Shown here one piece after another: positions 17,028 through 29,587 of a stretch of DNA of 64,000 bases. Source of the stretch: Podarcis tiliguerta (lineage: Eukaryota); NCBI GenBank assembly GCA_965153285.1, contig OZ229113.1; one strand, given 5' to 3'. Position numbers and translations under genes: made by a program. The notes under the pieces are model-generated. The model saw only the letters and a program-made list of their open reading frames with translations. It did no database searches and had not been told where the DNA came from. Each line of letters starts with the position of its first letter. Within the stretch, counting starts at the first letter, position 1.

Positions 17028-17385
17028 GACCGGGTGGCGCTGTGGGTAAAACCTCAGCACCTAGGACTTGCCGATCGCATGGTCGGCGGTTCGAATCCCC
17101 GCGGCGGGGTGCGCTCCCGTCGTTCGGTCCCAGCGCCTGCCAACCTAGCAGTTCGAAAGCACCCCCGGGTGCAAGTAGATAAATAGGGACCGCTTACCAG
17201 CGGGAAGGTAAACGGCGTTCCGTGTGCTGCGCTGGCTCGCCAGATGCAGCTTGTCACGCTGGCCACGTGACCCGGAAGTGTCTGCGGACAGCGCTGGCTC
17301 CCGGCCTATAGAGTGAGATGAGCACACAACCCTAGAGTCTGGCAAGACTGGCCCGTACGGGCAGGGGTACCTTTACCTTTACCTT
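17028..17385 (+). mobile_element. Sauria/Squam1 SINE, full length, young and CpG-rich
   Basis: tRNA-like head with A box (tggcgctgtggg) and intact B box GGTTCGAATCC (17088-17098), body motif gccaacctagcagttcgaaagc, and (ACCTTT)n tail. Confidence 0.93.
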
Positions 17386-20300
17386 ATGAGTTTATGTATG
17401 CCCATTACTCCACCTCAAAAATAAAATATAGACAGTGGTAGATTGTGTAATGTGAATTGCACCCCATCCCTTGCATGGTTGTACAGATACTATTTTGGTC
17501 AATAGTTAGTTAGCTTTTAGCTCTGTTCCTGTGTGAAAAGTTAGGTATGTTTGTACAGGAATTAAAATGGCTGCTGATAATTGAGTACATGCCACCATTT
17601 CTTAATCTTTTCTTCCTTAAAGCAGAGAAGTGGGATTAGCCAAGAACAAAATGTAACTGTTAATACATATGACTCATGTTTTCTGCTCAACATTTTGATA
17701 TAAAGAGGATAGAAAAATACTCTGTGTATATCTATGCAAGATGACTTAAAAGGCAAATAAAGAGCCTAACATTTTAGCAACAGATTTTCAGGCAGGAAGA
17801 TTCTGTATCATTTGTCCGGACATCCCTAAGCCATATCCAGATGGTCAATGGCCATAGGGCCAGCCCTACCACTATGCAAGGTGGAGCAGCTGCCCTGAAG
17901 ACAGCTTTGGGGCATGCTGGAAAGACAGCAAGCTACCAGTTCTTTAGCTAACCGTTCCTTTTTTTATCGGGGGTAGGGGGTTGTGGATTTCATGTCTCAT
18001 GAGTCCTATGTAATGCCCTACATAGCAATAGCATGATATCCATTCTGCATTTAATGAATGGCAACAGAAAACTGTGCTGCCATGGTGATGGTATCTTGCT
18101 ATGGAAGGGGAGGTTTAACCATATTTGTGTTTTGCTCCCCTACCCTTGCTTTTAGAGGATGGAACTATGTGTACTCTATTACTTGAGAAATTTGCACTGT
18201 ATAAAGAGGAAATTTGGAAAGAGACTGAAACTGAGTAGTCTCAGAGCAGAGTATCAGAAGCTTCTCAGCTTGAAACTAGCCAGTTTCAGTGTCCATAGGA
18301 GTTCCATCATTACAGATTGAGTGCTGGTTATAGGGTCGCTGTGTTTGTTTCATGTAAGCTGTTAGCAGTCATGGAAGATCTTTCATGCCATCAGTTATTT
18401 CATGGCACTGTCCAGTATGTGCCTGTGATGCATGTAGAACTCCTTACCAGCAAGCACAGTATGACAATGATTCCACTCTTTGGGTGGTGCAAATGCATAA
18501 AATGCATTGCTTCTGGACTGCTGGGAATGTGCAACATTCTTGAAATAGAGGCATATCCCTGAGGGAAGACTGTTCTATTCCATTCTGGGGGGAAATGCTC
18601 TTCTCTTTTGAGTGCAGCATCTTCAAAACAGAAGCACTTCCTTAAGGGAAGACAGTTATATCCCATCCAACAAATGAGCACAGCTGCACATTTTTCCTCT
18701 GTAAACTGATACGGCTCCTTTACATTCTCATGGCCACATTTATGGCAAAACACTGACACCGATGATATCCCGGCCAAATGGAAAAATACATTTGTTGAAA
18801 TTGAATTTTATTTATTATCTTACCGTGTCCTGTGCTTTACATTTACCCCCCCCCAAAAAAAACCAGTGCTAGCTAATAAATTTGGACATACTTTTTTTTG
18901 TTGCAAATGATAAACATAGTTTCATTGTTTTCAGACACAGAAAAACAAAGCAAAATTCAAAAGCTGAAATGCAGGCCTCTCTATGCAGTGTAAGATGTAC
19001 TGAAGCCCATTGAAATCAATTTGGGGAGTAGGATTTGGCCAGAGGACCAGATTCAGAAGTGGCTAAGCCTCCGTGGGTTACTGTGACAAGTGACACCAGA
19101 CATTCATTCATTCATTCATTTATAAGTATATATATATATACCACTTGATATTTCAAAAACATCATGTCAGGCACAAAAAAAGCAAGCGTGGTTCACCCAA
19201 AATAGCCATACTAGGTCCATAGTCTGAAGGTTCCCCATCACTGGCTTAGGGAGTTTAGGACTAAGCTAACTGTTAATGCTGTAAATCAGCTTTTGAAAAC
19301 AAAATGTAGACATAATTTGGTTATCCTGCTTATTTTGTTTCTGTGCACAATTGTGCCATGATTTCACTGGCTTTTTTTTTTTTTTTAAAGCACCTCCTCA
19401 ACATGGGAGAGTTAAGTCAGCACCAATGGAAATCCTTTGATGGCTAATAGCATTTCTTTGTAAGCGTATGAAGTGGGTCTAAATTCATCAAAGGAAGGGA
19501 AGATCAAAACCAGGAGAGGAGGAGAAACAGCTATGCATCTACCCACCTCGCCTGGGATCCAGTGCCTGTTACAGTTCAGACAGCTCACTCCACCCACAGC
19601 GTCTGAAGAATCAGACGCTGCTTTGCCATTTTAGTTTTTTCCCCCTTTGTCTTGTATATGGGAAGGCTGTAGCTTTATATTTTCATCTGTGGTGTGGTAC
19701 AAGCTGGAGAAAACATAGGTTTGACCAAACAAATGATGTTTTGAATTGGGGGGGGGGGGGAATGGATGACAACTGTTCGTAATTAGATATGCAAAGTTCT
19801 TTTACTTGACAACAATATTTCTTTAACGAAGATTGTCTTTTTGGCTATATCTTAAATACAAGAAAATACAGTGAGTTGTAAACATCCATGTCAGTTGTAT
19901 CTTTTAATCATGATAACATTTTAACAGTGCTCCTGTTGTATAATCTGAAACACAAATCATTGGCCTCCATAAATTTGTTAATAATTGAAAGCATGTAGGG
20001 TTTCATTAAGGCTATTAAGAGATTAAGAGGACTTTCCTAAGCAGAGCTTGGTACAATCAAGTCTATTGATTTCGGTGAGTTTAGAGAGCATCCTAAGTCT
20101 GCATAAGATTAAGATGTTCAGCCATTTCAAAGACTTCAACCACTTTTTGCAAAATTATATCATTTTAAGTAGTTTTTTTTAAAAAAATAATGATGTGAGA
20201 TTTGCCACAAAGGGGGAAAATCTCTTTATTTTTGTATAGGATTTTGATACTGAAATAAAGAATGCAGAAATCTTATTGGGTTGCCCACTGTCAACATAAA

Positions 20301-20606
20301 AATCATTGTTGCATCTTTAAAAAATCCAGTTCAGGCACTTAGTGTCCTACCCTGCTGCTTTGTCTCTTTCCCTTCATCTTCCTCTTTCAGATGCTGTAAG
20401 GTAAAACTAAAAATACTGGCAAGAAAAATACTGGCAATAGTGGCTGTAGGTAATGGCAATAGCAACCAGTTGATCCAACAGGGTCTCAGTGCTGAAAGTC
20501 AAGGGTGTTGAAAGTCAAGGGTAAAAGTCCAATGATGTAGGTTGAGCAGGGACCAATGATAATGATTATGGATGTAGTTAATCAGAAAGTCACATCAGAT
20601 AACACT

Positions 20607-20826
20607 GAGTGATATTCAACAAACCTATCCCATCAGCAGAAGGGTTTTTACTTGTGCAACAGGACTTTCCCCCTCTCCTCTGCCCCCCCCCCATCTGCTC
20701 CAGAGGGCTGGGGAGCACCTAGAACAAACTTTGGGGGTGCAGGAAAGGGGGAGAATATTGTGCTGTGCAAGCAGAAATTCTTGTGCTGACGAGACATTCA
20801 CTTAGTGTTACATTGGATTCCACCCA
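20607..20826. mobile_element. Degenerate palindromic MITE
   Basis: Ends tgagtgatattcaac / ttggattccaccca and imperfect internal arms around ctgctccagagggctgggg. A related remnant lies at ~8960-9160. Confidence 0.55.
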
Positions 20827-23469
20827 TAGTCTTAAGCCATATCTGGCTGAACAGTAAGGTCTAAGGCTAGGTAGTGCTGATAGGCTTTTCAAACACAGAT
20901 CTGCTTTTTCAACCTACTCCAGCTTTCTGGATTCCCTCCCCACAATATTACACCAGTGATCTTTTTTTTAAATAAAACAATTAGATTCTTGTGCACAGTA
21001 TTAACCTTTTCACTGCTGCCCATGATGATCTCTGGACTGGAATAAACAGACATTCAAAATGATTTTAGCAGGAGTGATACCTCACTTCTGGGCCTTCTAA
21101 TGCCCTTGTTTGGGAATATGATCCACCTGGCTGTTCTGGGCACTGGCCCAAAAGGCAAGAAATGAATTCTAGCTCAGACTCAGATCTAGAGAGGAACACA
21201 ACCCTTGTTTGGATCATTCCAAACAGTGGATCATTCAAATAGTGCTGATATCCACCTAATGCATTGGTTCCACTCACACTTTGAGAATATAGGGCCCAAG
21301 CTGCAGCTGAATCAGAAAGATCTCTTTCCTGAACAGCAGAAAAGCTGGACTTCTTCTATATACATACTTGGCTGACCTTAGCACATCACTGTCAATATCA
21401 CCAATTACCATATGTCTTTCCCATACTTCCCAGTCCTCTGTCACTGATTCTAAAATGTAGACTATAATTTAGTCCTCGTGTACCTTTTTGCATTTCTAAG
21501 GAGAGAGCGTGATCCATATTACCAGCAAGTATAAAAAGAAATCTTGCAAATTTCTGACTCTCGCTGTGTTAAATGCAGTGTTTATTCAAAATGACATCAC
21601 CCCGAAAGGTAAATTCATTGAGGAAAAACCCACATAAACAGCATGTGAAGCTATACTTTCAAGGGGACAAAAAAGAGTGGAGGTGGAGGTAGGTTCATTT
21701 TTGCATCTACATTTTTAATAAGAGCACATTTATATACAAATGTCCAATAAATTTTCTAAAAATCCCAAGGAAATTATTATGCACTTAAATTCTTCCTATG
21801 TGTAAAGATATCCATCTCTGTATCCATATCTGCTGTATTATTTAAATCCCAGCACTAATTATTTATGGTACATTTTCATGTCACTATGACAAGATGCAAA
21901 ATTGCTGCTGGGAAGAATGAGTCCAGAACTTAAAATGCAATAAAAACTAGAAGTTAACAAGGATAGGGACACCAAAGCTTTAAGGGTGTTTTTCTTTTAA
22001 AAAAAAAATCATTTGAATATTCAGGTTCTATGTCTAAATATGGTTAATAAAAAATATAGACATGACTAAATTAAGCCTATTAATTTCCATGGGTTTATTA
22101 TGAGTAAAGCTTAGTTGATTAGCATCCCTGCTCTAAAAACATAGTGTGTGTAGAGTTTAATAAAAGTAAGTAAAGGGTTGGGGTGTGTGTGTTGAAAATC
22201 TGAAGTTTGTGTGTATGTGTGTGTTCTCTTGTAAGATTTAAATTGCTTTGAACCGCATTAGCCACTTCTTCACACAAGTAATGAATCATGGAGATACATC
22301 CATTGCTGTAAGCAACTTTATTTGAAATTTCTGGTCCTTTCTAGTAAAACGTATGCTTTAAGGAAGAGGGTAATCGTCATGCAGATCTGTGCAGATTGAT
22401 GCAAGGAATTTATTACAGCCTTACATTTATCACTAGATGAGCGTACACATGTTCTGCAGAAAATGAATCCTGCCTTCACAGGTGTTTTGAGGTTCTGGCT
22501 GTTTGAAAAGAACTGGCAGTCTAATTGCAGTTATATTGTATTAGATCCCATGTTGCTGTATGTCATGCTGCGAAAATACAGTTGCTGCAAAGAGTTTTAT
22601 AGAAGCTGATGACATTCAAACTTCTGTGAGATCAGAATTAAACCATTAGATTTAATGAGACTTTGTACTTGATGGCATCCCATTAAACTGGGGAGAGCTG
22701 AGCAACCTGGATGCAATAAAGCAAAATTATTTTTCTATTGTTTGTTTATTGTATCAGATCCAAGATTTTCAGCAGCCAATATAGCTTAATAGATTCTCAT
22801 CACAGCATCTGCTATGTCAAGACTTCACAGGTGGAGGCCTCTATTAGGCAATTAGGCTGAATACAGGGGACTCATCCATTTTACATGCATTCATGAAGCC
22901 CTAGTAAAATAATACAAATAGCACCTCTCTGCCAATGCAAGCTCAATAGTCTACATCTGTGTTGTTGCATGAAGCCCATTTTAAATGATTTTCACATGGG
23001 GGGGGGAACATATAGCATAAATTATTTTTAATGTACTTTTCCCTATACAGCAAAGAAATTGTTTTTGTTTGTTTTTTAGTATAACGTTTTTAAGTATATA
23101 GTTTCCATATACCTTGCAAGCACTTTGAGAAAACATAAAACACAGCCTATTAGTAACAGAATGAATAGGGCAATTGTGTACTTGAGGCCTTAGAAATAAC
23201 AGGCATTCAGCTTTGATGCTTGTTTGATCTCAATAAAATAAATTGGCCAGACATGACAGAAGTTGTGAGGCTGAGTCTGCAAGTCATTAACACACATCAT
23301 TATTCTCTGCAAAATAGTAAGGCATTTAGCTACTATATTCCTTTTGAAGGGCATCTCATTTCTACCCTATCTAGTTATGGTTACACTTCGTTCTATCTTT
23401 TGCCAGCAATACACAATTCCATGGTTAGCTTCCAGAGCCTTGAGCCATTAACAAGAATCCATGCTCATT

Positions 23470-23570
23470 CATTGGCTGGCTTTGATCTATAAAGCCTTAA
23501 ACAGCTCAGGACCACAATACCTCAAGGACTGCCTCTCCTCACATGAACCAATCTGGACCCTGCAACCATA
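23470..23570 (+). mobile_element. L2 LINE fragment
   Basis: Translates LIYKALNSSGPQYLKDCLSSHEPIWTL. Confidence 0.75.
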
Positions 23571-24579
23571 ATATGTCATCAACTGGCTGGATGCAGAGGA
23601 GTGGTGGCAAGTGCCAGCTTGGGAACCCCCCAAGGGAGTATCCACGGGAAGACATCGCAGAGCCAGCGGATTGGTTATGGGATGACAATTAGTGGCCAGA
23701 GGGAAAAGAGGGAGGACGAGCAGACTGCGAGGAGGAAGGGTCCTACGCAGGGAGTGTAACAAGGTTTAGTGAGCAGAAAGTGTCGGAGGCAGAGAACAGT
23801 TCAGGTTGAGGCAGAAGAGGGGGCTGGAGAGGTGTGGGGCCAGGAGACAGAGAAGCAGGATGCTGTGCCCCATGCCCTCAGTCATTACAGCAGCATGCTC
23901 ACAGAGTTGCATTTGAAGCACATTAATCTGCAACCCACCATTTTCTCTCATGTGTCTCTTGGTTAATAGCCAGATTCTCATTTCTATCTGCCATAATCCA
24001 TTTCCACCACCAGTGATCACCACTCCATTCTGAAGCAGGAAAAGCAAGATGAAATCAGGATCAGTTTCACCAATGCCACAGTTGTGTGTGTGTGTTTTAA
24101 TTATGAAAGAAGGCCAAAGAAGAAGGAGCCATCTGAGGAATGCCTTGGCAAAGCCATCAGACCGGCCCTAGGATGCTAGCACACCACTCAACATAATCAG
24201 GCGGGAAGGTGGAGTGAACCATCTCAGGTGGAGCACTGGCTACATCCAGACCTACTGAGCTTCACAAAGGTGGCAGCCTTGTGTGTCTTCAGCCTGTACT
24301 GTTGGTTGTACCATCTGATGAGACAAATTGATGTAGCTCAGTTCTAGCTAAACCCAGATAGACTTTTGAGGCAAGTGGGGGGAAAGCACAAGCTAACACA
24401 AAGTGCTTTCCTCTGCCTAGATAGAACAAAAAAACAACCTGCTGATTCGCAATGGAAAATGCAGTTTTCTATTAGCAATAGTTTCTACTGAAAATGTGCT
24501 GGAAAATGACATTTACATTAAAAGTAGGTCTATGATACAAATATAAACAATTCCAAACAAAAAAATGAAAGAAGAGAGG

Positions 24580-24599
24580 TGGGGGGGGGGGAGAGAGAT

Positions 24600-24638
<39 letters not shown>

Positions 24639-24639
24639 G
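24580..24639. repeat. Compound poly-G/(GA)n/(GACA)n microsatellite
   Basis: Directly visible. Confidence 0.95.
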
Positions 24640-27129
24640 CTGTTTCCCACAGTCATTGATGATTGTATCAGAACTGTCCAGTCCTAGTGATTATACAAAT
24701 CTGATAATGAAGTGTTTCCATGTCTTGTTGCTCATGCATTTGATCATGATGTCCAGCTCACAATACACTAGCACTGCAACAAAGATGAACAAGCCACATA
24801 TAATGAAATGCTGGGTTGTGAGTATTTCCCCTTAATACACATGAACCAAACATACATTAGGGGTGGGGGTTGTAGTGAGATAAGCAAGCAAATAACTCTG
24901 AAAGCAAGAAACCGTTTCGAAAGTTTTCGTCACACATTTTGGTGATAAAGGCTGCAGTAAAAAACACTATACCCAGAAACTTAGTATTCCAGAGTTCTTT
25001 AGACACAGATCTATGCACAACCACTAAGGAAGATCATATGCTGGTTTGTGGGTAAGCTGATTCCTGAGGTGTTGTGCATCCACTTTCAGCTCAACACTTG
25101 CACAGACTGGTGCTCCACCTTTGGCTTATCTAAATTACAATCTTTATGATTTATCATACCATTAAAGTACCTTTAGCCAAAAAGATTAGAAGTAATATGT
25201 ATCCATTCAAATGAACAGGATTCTATGTCTATAGCAGGTACTATTAAACAATTTTAATGTCAGCCATTGCTACTTTTGTGTGTCTGATATTGGGTTTGAG
25301 AATAATTACTGAAGTAAAAGAAACTCAGAAGTGCTTTTGTGCGGTAGTTCGTACTTTAACATTGAAAATATCATTCGTGTCATACAGCTTTCGGGCAAAC
25401 CTTGGAACCACTTCCGAACCTCCTCTAATTGGTTAAGTACAAAGTCAGCTTTGCAATGCTCACAGAATTTGTGGCGTCAGCTTGATCTGATGAGGCTCAA
25501 ATATTAAGTATAAGATGGCCCTGATGTCCAAGTATTGCACTGCTTTCATCATATTTCTTTGTAAAGGAGAGGTGGGGGGAGAAGGCTGGAGGGCAGTCCT
25601 ACAAGGAAATGAGCAGGCAAGGGGGGGGGGGAGAGAGAGATTAAAAAGGGAAATCAAGAAGAATGCCTAATGCATATGTGTATTTTTTATGCTTTTCTAT
25701 AAAAGCGCTTCTCTGATCCTCTGAGAATGTCATATAACTATGCAATATTACCGTGCAGGCTCATTATTAAATATGTTCCCTTTAGATTACTGTCATAGGT
25801 TAACACCAGTTTAGAAGATTTGCTTATCTCCCAGCTCAGAGAAAAGGAAGCCTTGCCTCCTTCAAGGCCAATGTAATGGGTGCGCAGGGGATTGTCTGTC
25901 AGAGACAGCTAGGGGTGATTTGCCTTCTTCCCTAAGGAGACTGGATGTGTCATCTTTGCAATTCTCCATCTGGCAGGAGAGAAGTCTGGAGGTTACATAT
26001 CCTTGAATTCGCTTCTGCTGACCTGAATTGCTCCATACATTCTCCGCCTGTACTTGTGCTGGGGTTGCACAATTGGCGTATATATATCTTTACATGATTG
26101 TATTTGTCTAATGCATTCAGTGTCACATTGCTGCTAGTACATTCCAGTTGCAATTTAGCACCAATATGCCAGTTATTTGCACAAAATGTATTGTATGTCG
26201 CCATAGGACCCTCCGTGCTTGTGCCATTCACATTGTACAAGATGACATCACATTCCCTCAAACTATGTTCTCAGTTCATTTTCCCTACTCTATTTTTCAT
26301 ATCTGTGCGAAGAGGTGGCTTTGATATGACAACCTACTAATGAATACAACCTGAGAGTTTTTCTGAATTAAATCAATCAGCATAATGAAGTGGTATTGGC
26401 TACTTAAATCCCCTTCAAATAATTTTGTGATGATTTGTGCCCATATGCTTAACCTTTTATTTGCATATTATTTAAAATAAGTTATCTCAACATTTTATAA
26501 CAACATGTTTTTGTATAGCTAGCTCTTTTCTTATTCAGCACAGTGGTTTTTTGTTGTTGCTGCTGTTCATTCATTTATAAACTGGACTGCATCATTGGCT
26601 GACTTATAAAGAATCTGGATACTCCATGAGACAACAGTTCAATTTTTTAAAAAACAAAATTAAAATGTTACATTGGTGGTTGCATGCTGTGTTATTTTTT
26701 CTTAAATCTGTTGTTTTAAGTGTTGTGCACTGTACACACAGTGCTTAAAATAAAATAATAGATCTTCAGCCAGAGTGAGCTGCTGTGATCAGTTGCATCA
26801 AGTTCCCCATAATCAATGAATGGGATTAAAAAGTCCAGGCTGTGAGCTATGCACCAACAAAGTGCCTTCTGAAGCTTTTAGCAACTCACTCTGCAAATCT
26901 GGAAGGACAGGGTTTTTAAAGCAGAATCTGTTACTGTACAGTAAACTGGAAAATGCCAGTGTACTTTTGCTTTTATGAGAGAGTATGTGATCCCAAGCAC
27001 TGAATGTGTTGATCCACTTTATGTTTTGTTAGACATATTCGGTCCTTTTACGAAGTAATATACAAAGTAATCATGGTCTTCATTTACAGGATCCCAGATA
27101 GCAAACTTCATTAGAAGGATACCAGAAGA

Positions 27130-27300
27130 GCAACAGAAGAACCTTTTGGGTGAAACCAAGGGCTTGCTTAGTCCAGCATTCTGTTTCCACAGTGGTTCAC
27201 CAGATATTGATGTGAAGCCCACAAACAAAATATGCAATGATGATAATTTTATTTATACCCTGCCCATCTGGCTGGGTTTCCCCGGCCATGTGGCTTCCAG
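27130..27300 (-). mobile_element. Adjacent CR1-type and L2-type 3'-end remnants
   Basis: tagtccagcattctgtttccacagtgg (CR1-like) and atttataccctgcccatctggctgggtttcccc (L2-like tail), both in reverse orientation. Confidence 0.6.
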
Positions 27301-28562
27301 CATATACACTTTTGACCAATTAAATATTATGGTTTAACATTTTGTAGTTACCAAGATTTCTGCTTTAAAAATAAACTGTTTTTCTATATATCTCAAAGAC
27401 ATGAAATGTATCATTGGTGTACAGCTTATACTTCAGTATGGAGATTTTAATGAATGAACAGAGAATCTGAAAAACACATTATTTTATTAGTGTTATAGCC
27501 CATCTACATCGCAGCTAAACTGCATTTAATAGAACGTGAGCTGACTTTGCTCTATTGACTTTAGCTGAACTAAACTGCCTTAAAGTACTTCAGCTTAATT
27601 GGATTGTGGATCAGAATGATGCCTGCAATTCTACTGCAACTTTTTTTCTCTGTTCAGAGAACATTGTGCAGTGTTTCCAGTGTGACCACATGTGACCACT
27701 GCCAGAGTTTCCAAGCTCAGTTTGAATTAAACTCTTATGACCTGCCAATGTTTTGATTAATTTGATATCAGCATATGACTTGATTTAACAAGACACCCAG
27801 TACACTTGACAATCTGTGCTACAAGACATTGCCAATTATATACTGACATTCTTGTTTCCATCACAGTGTGCTCTTCGTATCTACTTGTGACGTTAAATAC
27901 ATGAACCTTTGAACAGATGCACGCATTTCAAAAATTGCTAAAGATGTACCCTTAAAATGCATAAATTTGACTCTGCTATCTTCACTCATTTATCGTATGA
28001 TGTTCCAGGCACTCTCTTTACCTATCCTTAGGGATTATGCTAAGGGGAGAATGGTGGAAATGTGACAGAAATAGAGCTACTGCAAGAAACATCGCAGTTT
28101 AAATTTCAACAGCATATTATGCTTCAAAGTACTACACTTTGCCAGAACCAACTTTTCTGACCATCGATTTTTGAATGCAATGTTTATAAAAATGCATAAA
28201 AAATCTGACTTTAAGAAACAAACATTCTGTGTCTGATACAAGCTATATCATGGAATGAAAATAGAGTTTTGATGTTTCTCTTTGTAGTTGCCTACAACTT
28301 TGAGCTTAATCTAATTTTAAAACTGTAAGAATCTTTACTGAAGATTCTGAGTATTCTTTGCTTCTTTTATTTATTTATTTGAGAAAGCTAAGCATATGGT
28401 TTACTTGTCTGAATTCAAATACATACAATATTTGCTTGCATGCCCATTTTGTATTTCATTATTCTGTATCACAACATGGTAAACTTGAAAAAAACAAAGC
28501 AAAATGAAATTAATATGTGCTAAAGTGGTAAACTTGGAAAGAAAAGCAAAATGAAATCAATA

Positions 28563-28803
28563 CAGTGGCACCTTGGGTTAAGTACTTAATTCGTTCCGGA
28601 GGTCCGTACTTAACCTGAAACTGTTCTTAACCTGAAGCACCACTTTAGCTAATGGGGCCTCCTGCTGCCGCCCGCCGCCAGAGCCCGATTTCTGTTCTTA
28701 TCCTGAAGCAAAGTTCTTAACCTGAAGCACTATTTCTGGGTTAACAGAGTCTGTAACCTGAAGCGTATGTAACCTAAAGCATATGTAACCCGAGATACCA
28801 CTG
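28563..28803. mobile_element. Tc1/mariner-superfamily (pogo/Tigger-like) MITE
   Basis: TIRs CAGTGGcACCTtGGGTTA ... TAACCCGAGaTACCACTG, flanking TA TSD, and repeated internal TAACCTGAAGC motifs. Confidence 0.92.
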
Positions 28804-29504
28804 TATGTGCTAAGGTGCCTAAAAATAAGCCCATTTAATTCTGTCTAATTTAGCATCATTGTATGTACCCTTTTTCAGATTCTAAAAATGGTAAGCAGGT
28901 TACTATTCTTTGTATAAGCACGTGCCTACATCCATAAAAATATACTTTATTGTAGTCAAATAATATAATGCATTACATAACCCAGTGGCTTGATAGCAAA
29001 ATGAATACTGCAACATTTATTTCATTCCAAGATAGGTCAAGGCCAAAAAGCCCCCATCATAGCTAGTTAGGTGTTTTGACTTTAATAAATTATAAGACCA
29101 GCTCCTTATAATATTCTCGTAAATTATACTGCTCCTTCATACATCTGCAAATGCATGGTTTTAAACAGCTACATTCCTGTATTCCAAGAACTAATCTGAT
29201 CTAGTCATTAGCATTAGTATGTTATAATATGTTAAGGAAACGATTAGAGATGACAGCAACCATCTAGTCTAACAACTGAGACAAACATTATCACACCATT
29301 GATCCTGTGAGGAGTATTAGTTTCACCTAAAGTATTCACACAGTTAAACAAAAAAGCTAGTTACTTTCCTCCATGTTATCATAGGTTTGTTCAACCTAGA
29401 GTAAAAACGTCACAAAGTCTACTCATAAATCAAAATAGAACATCTGCAAAGCTAAGCAGGGTCTGGTATGGTTTCAAATTAGAGGGGGAACTACATGTTG
29501 AGAC

Positions 29505-29587
29505 AGCTGCATTGAAGGGGGTTGAACTAGATGGCCCTTGTGGCTCCCTTCCAACTCTACAATTATATAATTTCATTATTCTATGAA
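29505..29587 (+). mobile_element. CR1 LINE 3' end
   Basis: gggttgaactagatggccctt...cccttccaactctac followed by a degenerate (ATTCTATG) tail. Confidence 0.8.

Noticed and set aside
17028-17105. tRNA-like sequences (also in other SINE heads)
   Set aside because: They continue into SINE bodies and tails. No stand-alone tRNA gene was found.
17054-17294. REST/NRSE half-sites (TCAGCACC and GGACAGCGC)
   Set aside because: The half-sites are about 225 bp apart and both lie within the SINE, so they do not form an RE1 element.
25950-26261. 103-aa minus-strand ORF upstream of CNKSR2
   Set aside because: Non-ATG start, no recognisable homology and no clear splice sites. Treated as non-coding.
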